Below, piece after piece: positions 57,704-64,000 of a stretch of DNA of 64,000 nucleotides. The DNA comes from Chlamydiota bacterium. Lineage in GTDB: Bacteria; Chlamydiota; Chlamydiia; Chlamydiales; RGXB01. The translations under genes were made by a program, and so were the position numbers. Location: contig CANLTW010000004.1 of assembly GCA_947494155.1 (NCBI GenBank), positions 18,273-82,272 on the forward strand, written 5' to 3'. The notes under the pieces are model-generated. The model worked only from the letters and a program-made list of their open reading frames with translations, ran no database searches and had not been told where the DNA came from. Position 1 is the stretch's first letter; the number at the start of each line of letters is the position of its first letter.

Positions 57704-59194
57704 ATGGAGTTGGAGATGGGGATGAAAAAGACAACAACGCTCTTTATAAAGCGCTCTTTGGGGCTATTAACCGCAAATCTTGCTTTTTTTTTGCTTCAGG
57801 ATTGCGCCTGGAATCAGAAAGCAAACCCCCAGCTACAAGTCTATCATGAGGCACCCATTGTTTCCCCAATACCCACACAAACAGAGGCTACAACCCCTTT
57901 TTCCGTTGGTTTTTGGCCCACTGCCAGCTGGTGGGAAATGTTTCAAGATCCGTGCCTTGATCGGTGTATCCGAGAAGCACTAGAAAAAAATCCTGACCTT
58001 CTGGAGGCAAAAAGCCGGGTTGAGGAGGCCTTTCAACTTGCAAAACGGGCCGGTGGCCCGCGCTGGTTTCAGGCGGAGGTCGACGGCGACCTCAATTTTG
58101 CCCATTTGGCAAAAAATGGGCTCTACCGTACCCTTAATCCCGATATCCCCCCGAACGCTATCCAGATCGATCTTAACGGTGTCCTCTCGTACGAGGTTGA
58201 TATCTGGGGAAAAAATTATGAAACCTGGATGGCTGCTGTGAATCGGCTACAAGCGGTCGATGCCAAAAAGGGTTTTGTTGAGGTGGATATCAGCACAAGA
58301 GTAGCCGAGGTTTATTTCATCCTACAATCCCTTCAAGCGGAAATAGAAGAACTCTCCAAGTGGATTACATCCCAAAAAGAGATTATTATTTTAAGCGAGT
58401 ACCTTGTTGAGCATAAAATCCTCGACCAAATCCAGATGGAGACCGAGTATCAGGCCCTTGAAGCGCTAAATAAGGACATGGAATCTTTAACAACCGCTAA
58501 ACAGCTTCAGAGCCATTTAATAGGCATTTTAATGGGTAATGGTCCCGATACCCCTTTTTCGCTCTCAAGCAATTTTCAAGAACCATTGGAGAAGCTCTCT
58601 ATTCCTACAAATCTCTCCTTGGGGCTTTTGAAAAGAAGACCCGATCTCTCGAGCGATATCTTTTCTTTGACGGCTTTACAAAGGGAGATCAAAATTGCAC
58701 GCACGCTTTTTTATCCAGATATCAATATTTTAGGATCTTTGGGGATACAAAATATAAAGGGTGTTGTCCTTTCCCCCTCAAGTATCCAGGCCTCCCTTTT
58801 ACCTTCGTTTAGCCTGCCGATTTTTACAGGGTTTCGTTTGGAGGGGAACCTTGGGGCCGCAATCAAAACCTACGAGGCAGGTATCCATCAGTATAACGCC
58901 AATGTTTTAAGAGCCTCTCAGCAGGTGAAAGACGCGGTCAGCAATATTGAGGGTGTTGTTTTGCGCATAGGGTATCAAAAGAACCTTCTTCAAGAGGAGC
59001 TGATCAAGCTAGACCTTACAAAAAATCTATTTAAAAACCGGATTACTAGTAAAATTGGGTTAAATCGGGAGCAAAACAAAGTCTATGAAAAATGGATTAC
59101 TTTGTTGAATTTTTACCGGCAAAGATACCAGTACCACATCCAATTGATCCGTTTTCTTGGGGGCGGATATACCCAAGAGGGGGCAAATGGATAG
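57704..59194 (+). CDS. Outer membrane efflux factor (NodT/OprM family)
   Basis: WWEMFQDPCL, ALEKNPDL, SYEVDIWG, LLKRRPD, LGGGY; start may be 57722. Confidence 0.9.
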   Translation: MELEMGMKKTTTLFIKRSLGLLTANLAFFLLQDCAWNQKANPQLQVYHEAPIVSPIPTQTEATTPFSVGFWPTASWWEMFQDPCLDRCIREALEKNPDLLEAKSRVEEAFQLAKRAGGPRWFQAEVDGDLNFAHLAKNGLYRTLNPDIPPNAIQIDLNGVLSYEVDIWGKNYETWMAAVNRLQAVDAKKGFVEVDISTRVAEVYFILQSLQAEIEELSKWITSQKEIIILSEYLVEHKILDQIQMETEYQALEALNKDMESLTTAKQLQSHLIGILMGNGPDTPFSLSSNFQEPLEKLSIPTNLSLGLLKRRPDLSSDIFSLTALQREIKIARTLFYPDINILGSLGIQNIKGVVLSPSSIQASLLPSFSLPIFTGFRLEGNLGAAIKTYEAGIHQYNANVLRASQQVKDAVSNIEGVVLRIGYQKNLLQEELIKLDLTKNLFKNRITSKIGLNREQNKVYEKWITLLNFYRQRYQYHIQLIRFLGGGYTQEGANG

Positions 59195-60359
59195 AAAATA
59201 TAAGGCGCTTTTCGCGGTACTGATCACGTTTACTTCCCTACTTTGTATGGCATTTGTCTCGTGGTGGGTGTTTTTTCGCTTCTACAAGTCCACTAGAGAC
59301 AGTTACGTCCACGGGAACCCTATACTTATTACACCCCAGATTAGCTCCTATGTCACATCAATTCATAGTGATGATACTTTTTTAATTGAAGAGGGGCAAA
59401 TTTTGGTTAAACTGGAGACGATTGATTTTGAAACCGTTTACGAGAGGACCCGAGCTGAATTAGCAAATGCAACGAGGCAAACCGTATTGAAATTTGAGGC
59501 GGTGAAGGAGGCGTACGCAGAGCTTAAAGCGGAAAAATCGATCCTGATCAAAGCTCAAGTAGACTATGAAGACCGAAAAGCGGTGGTAGATAGTGGCGCC
59601 GTATCTCAAGAGGATTTTATCGCAGCCGAATCTTTCTATCTAGCTACCCTTTCTAGAATAGAAATGCTGAAATCCAAACTAAAAATGGCTATAGCTTATG
59701 TGCGAGGGACAACGGTTGAGACACATCCGGTGGTAGAGGCTGCAAAAGAAGCTTTTATTGAGGCAAGTGTCAACTTGGAACGGTGCGTGATTCGTTCTCC
59801 TGCTACAGGTATAGTAACCTTGCGTTCAGTACAGGTTGGGGAGGCTGTGAATCCCAAAGATTCTTTGATGACAGTTGTTCCGATTGAGCAAATGTGGGTC
59901 AATGCAAACTTCAAAGAGACTCAATTAAGTAAAATTCGGATAGGCCAAAAAGTCGATATGACAGCCGATATGTACGGATACAGTGTTGTCTACCATGGTG
60001 TTGTCGAGGGGATTTCAGGGGGAACAGGGGCTGTTTTTTCCCTTTTACCTCCACAGGAGGCAACCGGAAACTGGATCAAAATTGTCCAGCGCCTCCCTGT
60101 GAGGATCACGTTAGATCCAAAAGAGCTTAGAGAGCACCCCTTAAGGCTTGGGCTCACGATGGAAACCCATGTCCACGTTAATGATCTCGATCTACCTCAA
60201 AACCCCCAGCCAAGAAATGAAAAACCGATCTATTTGACAGAGGTGTATTCTATCCAAGGGGAACAGGGGAAAAAAGATGCAAAGGAGATCATTCGTCAAA
60301 ATAATACTCTTGAAGAACTGACTGAAGAGGAGCTTAACTTGATGTACCGTGATTTATGA
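59187..60359 (+). CDS. emrA: EmrA-family membrane fusion protein
   Basis: N-terminal TM, WVNANFKETQL, GTGAVFSLLPPQEATGNWIKIVQRLPV; ATG 59187 overlaps the upstream stop. Confidence 0.9.
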   Translation: MDRKYKALFAVLITFTSLLCMAFVSWWVFFRFYKSTRDSYVHGNPILITPQISSYVTSIHSDDTFLIEEGQILVKLETIDFETVYERTRAELANATRQTVLKFEAVKEAYAELKAEKSILIKAQVDYEDRKAVVDSGAVSQEDFIAAESFYLATLSRIEMLKSKLKMAIAYVRGTTVETHPVVEAAKEAFIEASVNLERCVIRSPATGIVTLRSVQVGEAVNPKDSLMTVVPIEQMWVNANFKETQLSKIRIGQKVDMTADMYGYSVVYHGVVEGISGGTGAVFSLLPPQEATGNWIKIVQRLPVRITLDPKELREHPLRLGLTMETHVHVNDLDLPQNPQPRNEKPIYLTEVYSIQGEQGKKDAKEIIRQNNTLEELTEEELNLMYRDL

Positions 60360-61924
60360 GCGAGCCCAAAGACACGTTAACCACGTTTCAGCTTTTGGTT
60401 GTGACATTCGCTATTTTGATGGCCTCTCTGTTATTTGTTTTAGATTATTCCATTTCCAGCGTTATCTTACCCTATGTGGTGGGAGATCTTGGGGCAAGAG
60501 TTGAGCAGGGAACCTACATTGTAACCACCTTCTCTGTCGGAAACGCTTTTGCCATCCCGCTAATGTTTTTTTTACTCAATTATTTTGGGAAAAAAAGGCT
60601 TTTTGTTATCTCTTTGCTGATCTTCCCATTCACCTCTGTTGTTTGCGGGTTAACGGACTCTTTTGAGGTTCTCCTTTTCTTTAGGTTCCTACTGGGGGTC
60701 ATTTCCGGGCCTATTCTTCCCCTTGCTTTATTTATTCTCATGGACCTTTATCCCAAAAAATATCACCAAAAAGTTTTTGGTATCTGGGCCTCAACGATGA
60801 TTAGCGCTCCCATGCTAGGTCCCATCATCGGGGGGTTTTTTGCCACTGTATTCACCTGGAGAATCGCTTTTCTGATCATGATCCCCATCGGGCTTCTTTG
60901 TGGTTTGATTCTATGGATTGTTCTCTCTATGGAAAAGGAGAGGAAGATTGTCCCTTTTGATACATTCGGTTTTATTCTTTTGGGTACAATGTCAATTTGC
61001 ATCCAATTTATAATGGACAAAGGGCAACAATGGGATTGGTACCGCTCTCCTTTAGTACTTTTTTTGACAGCAATATTCCTTTTAGCTTTAGCCCTTTTTA
61101 TCGTATGGAGCCGATACAGTGAGGCGCCGATTTTGAATTTCTCGCTTCTAAAAAGAAAAACATTCTCCCTGTCGATTATCCTTGTACTTTTGACTTATAG
61201 CAGTTTTTTCGCGACAGTTGTGATCATTCCTATCTGGCTGGAGACATATATGGGTTACGATGCCTTCAAATCGGGGCTTGCAAACGCCCCAGTGGGTGTT
61301 CTCCCTTTTTTGATAGCCCCATTTTTAGGCTATTTTTTTAGCTGGTTCAGCTCAAAGAAATTATTATTTTTCTCCATGGTCGTTTTCGCGGCCATTTCCT
61401 ATTGGACAACAAACTTTTATATTGATATCGATCTCTACCATATACAGCTGTCAAGGCTGATTTTAGGGTTAGGATTTGCGTTTTATTTGGCTCCCCTCAT
61501 GACCTTAAGCCTTGAGGAGATCAACGAGAGTGAAAGATCTTCGGCACTGATTTTTTTTCATTTTTGTCGCGTGACGGCGGGAGCTTTAGGGACCTCATGC
61601 TTTACTACAATATGGACAAGAAGGGGCTATTTTCATCGGCAGTTTCTTACTGAATTCGTGACACCCCTAAATCCCTATACGGGACAATTTCTTGAGGCTG
61701 CAAAAAAGGTCCCTTTTGGCGTAACAAGCCCCCCAGCCGAGTTGAACTCTTCTCTTCAAAACCAGGCGGTAATTTTGGCCCTTCTCGACGTGTTTTGGGC
61801 TATTATGTGGTGCTATATCATTGCAGCTTCGTCGATTCTTTTATGGTGGTTATGGGACAGGATAGAGAGGTGGTCCAAGGGGGGTCAAGATCCCATAAAC
61901 CTAGCCCCTTCAAAACCGTTCTAA
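60356..61924 (+). CDS. emrB: EmrB/QacA (DHA2) MFS efflux transporter
   Basis: ~14 TM segments, APMLGPIIGG, DKGQQWDW; in an operon with emrA. Confidence 0.88.
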   Translation: MSEPKDTLTTFQLLVVTFAILMASLLFVLDYSISSVILPYVVGDLGARVEQGTYIVTTFSVGNAFAIPLMFFLLNYFGKKRLFVISLLIFPFTSVVCGLTDSFEVLLFFRFLLGVISGPILPLALFILMDLYPKKYHQKVFGIWASTMISAPMLGPIIGGFFATVFTWRIAFLIMIPIGLLCGLILWIVLSMEKERKIVPFDTFGFILLGTMSICIQFIMDKGQQWDWYRSPLVLFLTAIFLLALALFIVWSRYSEAPILNFSLLKRKTFSLSIILVLLTYSSFFATVVIIPIWLETYMGYDAFKSGLANAPVGVLPFLIAPFLGYFFSWFSSKKLLFFSMVVFAAISYWTTNFYIDIDLYHIQLSRLILGLGFAFYLAPLMTLSLEEINESERSSALIFFHFCRVTAGALGTSCFTTIWTRRGYFHRQFLTEFVTPLNPYTGQFLEAAKKVPFGVTSPPAELNSSLQNQAVILALLDVFWAIMWCYIIAASSILLWWLWDRIERWSKGGQDPINLAPSKPF

Positions 61925-61967
61925 AAGCTATAAGCCTCTTTTTTCTTAAAAAGCTATCTTGAAAGGC

Positions 61968-62840
61968 TTAAAAAGAAAAGTCGAAATGGCGAAGCTCTTC
62001 AGGGGGAGTCCTGGAGTTTTCAAACATTCTTTGTGCTGCAAAACAGGTTTTTTGTAGATGGGAAGAAATCCTTTTTCCATTAGACGTAAGAGTTTGAAAT
62101 GTGTTTAAAACGGACGAACTTTTTAAAATTTTCATCGCATTCTGTGCTATGCTCAACAGGGATTTTCCGGCTGGCATCTGGGTTGAGGGATTTGCAAGTG
62201 GCAGATTTGGTACACTTGGGGTAAAATCAAAGGGGTATTTGGTCTGAAGTTCCAAAACATAACACGTAGGATTGCTGGCATGATCAAAGACCTCGTGAAA
62301 GGTTTTTTCAGAAATAGAAGCAGTGAAACTAAAGTCTGAAATTTTGGGGTCCAGACCTTTAATTACCGGTGAACTTGATCGTTCAATTCTTTCTTTTAAA
62401 AGAGCAAATGCCCTCCGTTTCTCTTCAAAAATCCTCTCCACATTCCCTTCAAGGGGTGCATAGTGGATCTGTTTGACATAATCCTCTAGGCACTGGTGCT
62501 CCATTTTTTCCAGTCTTTTAAGTACAGACCTTTGATTGATAAGAACTTTGTTTTTTTCGGGACTAGCGACTCGTCCAAAAAACGCACGGGTTTTATCATT
62601 TCTTAAGCAATCGGAGGTCCATTGTAAAACTCTGGAGAATTTTCCATTGGAGTTTTTAAACGCCTTGAGTTGTATAGATTCTAAAGGCTTTTTGAAACCG
62701 GGTTGGACAATTTGTTGTACTTTTTGAGAGTACATGTAAAGAACCTTGTTACTTGGGTCCAGTGCTCCATTTTTCTTGCTTTGATCGAGAAAGAAATGCT
62801 CAAGAGCACATACTGAATCGTAACTACTTTTTATTGTCAT
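61968..62840 (-). CDS. Hypothetical protein
   Basis: Long ORF; ATG at 62840 preceded by AAGGA; no recognised domain. Confidence 0.65.
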   Translation of the reverse strand: MTIKSSYDSVCALEHFFLDQSKKNGALDPSNKVLYMYSQKVQQIVQPGFKKPLESIQLKAFKNSNGKFSRVLQWTSDCLRNDKTRAFFGRVASPEKNKVLINQRSVLKRLEKMEHQCLEDYVKQIHYAPLEGNVERIFEEKRRAFALLKERIERSSSPVIKGLDPKISDFSFTASISEKTFHEVFDHASNPTCYVLELQTKYPFDFTPSVPNLPLANPSTQMPAGKSLLSIAQNAMKILKSSSVLNTFQTLTSNGKRISSHLQKTCFAAQRMFENSRTPPEELRHFDFSF

Positions 62841-62939
62841 AAGGTATCCTTTTTTTTTGTCAACCGCTTGAAAAAATGAGTGGTTCGCTTTTTTGACTAA
62901 TATCAAACTTGCCCCCTCAAAAGGGGGTAATGTTGATTG

Positions 62940-63884
62940 TTATTTAATTCCCACCCACCTTCTAAAATTCGCAAACATTTCTTGTTGTTTAGACTCTCTT
63001 TCCTTGATCTTTGTCAATAAGAGGGTTAATGCAGCTTGATCAGACTCGAATTCTTGACCTTCAGGAATTACTATTGGGTAGCGTTCTATTCCAAACCTTA
63101 CGAGTTCCAATTTTTCCAATGTGGTTTGGGGAGTAATTTCACTCTGTGAAGGAGTACTGATCTCCGTCAATGAGGATGAGTTTGAACGCTGAAGTGGCAT
63201 TTGTTTGCTTGCAGTCTGAGCATGTGGTGGCACCAAAAATGCAGATCCTCCAGATGCATGTTGTGTCGGAAAATTTGCGTACTCTCTAGTGTAATCGTCT
63301 AATTCAGCATATGTACGTACCTCAAATGCATTTCCCTTTTCTCGATTATACCTCCTCATCTCTTCTGCGGAGAAACTCCACTTCCCATTTTGATTTTTTT
63401 TGGGTCTTGGAAGTTCAATATCCTCCTCTTTGGGTGTAGTTATTAAGATGCTGCGTTTTCTCAGGGGGTCTAGACTTTTTGTAAGTTCAGGAGGTGCCTG
63501 ATTTTTTTTCGCTCCGAATAAAGGCTTTAAGGTTGAAACACCTAAATAGCCGACGCTCGGGATTAGACAAAGAAGCCCACTATTTTTTAATGCATTTTTT
63601 TCCAGTATACTTGCCAATGCTAGAAGACCTACACCCGCTCCAGCTCCCAAAAGAGCACCTTTTGTCGCAGTTATTTTTTTGGGAGTAGGTGCCACCGTAC
63701 TGGGTTGTGGCCGAGTTAAATAGGAACGAATTTTTAAACATCCGTAAAGACAAGCTGCGGCTGATGCGCCCACCTTTAAAGAGGCGGAAAACGGTGCTTC
63801 TCCTGTGGTAAACCAGGCACCCGTAACGGCAGCTCCCAAGCCCATGGAGGCGACCTCTTGTCCGTATTTTCCTAAAATTGCCAT
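62940..63884 (-). CDS. Inc-like protein: two hydrophobic hairpins, hydrophilic C-terminal half with coiled-coil end
   Basis: Two bilobed Gly/Ala/Leu-rich segments (aa ~10-50 and ~75-120), each followed by a Pro/Lys linker; AAGGA SD. Confidence 0.65.
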   Translation of the reverse strand: MAILGKYGQEVASMGLGAAVTGAWFTTGEAPFSASLKVGASAAACLYGCLKIRSYLTRPQPSTVAPTPKKITATKGALLGAGAGVGLLALASILEKNALKNSGLLCLIPSVGYLGVSTLKPLFGAKKNQAPPELTKSLDPLRKRSILITTPKEEDIELPRPKKNQNGKWSFSAEEMRRYNREKGNAFEVRTYAELDDYTREYANFPTQHASGGSAFLVPPHAQTASKQMPLQRSNSSSLTEISTPSQSEITPQTTLEKLELVRFGIERYPIVIPEGQEFESDQAALTLLLTKIKERESKQQEMFANFRRWVGIK

Positions 63885-63918
63885 TTTCTAAATGTCCTTT
63901 TTCACTTGTGAAGAGTAA

Positions 63919-63927
63919 ATTATAACA
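63919..63927 (-). promoter_or_regulatory. Extended -10 promoter (TGtTATAAT) for the 314-aa gene
   Basis: Minus-strand TGTTATAAT about 35 nt upstream of ATG 63884. Confidence 0.45.
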
Positions 63928-64000
63928 TTTAATACATTTATTTTAACGCAATCATGCATAATGTAATAATTTGGATAATTATCTTCTTTATTAAAATATT

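Noticed and set aside
57704..61924. Efflux operon as a novel system
   Set aside because: Ordinary EmrAB-outer membrane factor arrangement; only the lipobox (LQDC) is slightly atypical

Overview
Bacterial chromosome segment, most likely from an environmental member of the Chlamydiota. Its backbone follows the gene order known from Chlamydia: tuf, tRNA-Trp, secE, nusG, rplKAJL, rpoBC, tal, a V-type ATPase operon (E, C-like, A, B, D, I, K), a small lipoprotein, valS and a PknD-like kinase, then trpS, a SpoIID-like gene, ruvB and dcd. Many eukaryote-like or host-directed genes are interspersed in this backbone. They include an ankyrin-like-repeat protein with a eukaryotic-type HECT E3 ligase domain, an AvrB/Fido-like protein, a plant-type two-enzyme NDP-rhamnose pathway whose enzymes both carry signal-peptide-like N-termini, two tandem GT25 glycosyltransferases, a serpin, a secreted GH18 chitinase, a Ser/Thr kinase, an LTA-synthase/sulfatase-LRR fusion, helical-repeat proteins and Inc-like membrane proteins. 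Between the PknD-like gene and trpS there is a tandem duplication of a ~0.55-0.6 kb cassette (AT-rich leader, small RGG-containing peptide ORF, terminator) whose flanks look better conserved than the peptides. An EmrAB-outer membrane factor efflux operon lies near the right end. No rRNA, CRISPR array or IS element was seen. All calls rest on motif recognition by eye; no database searches were run.
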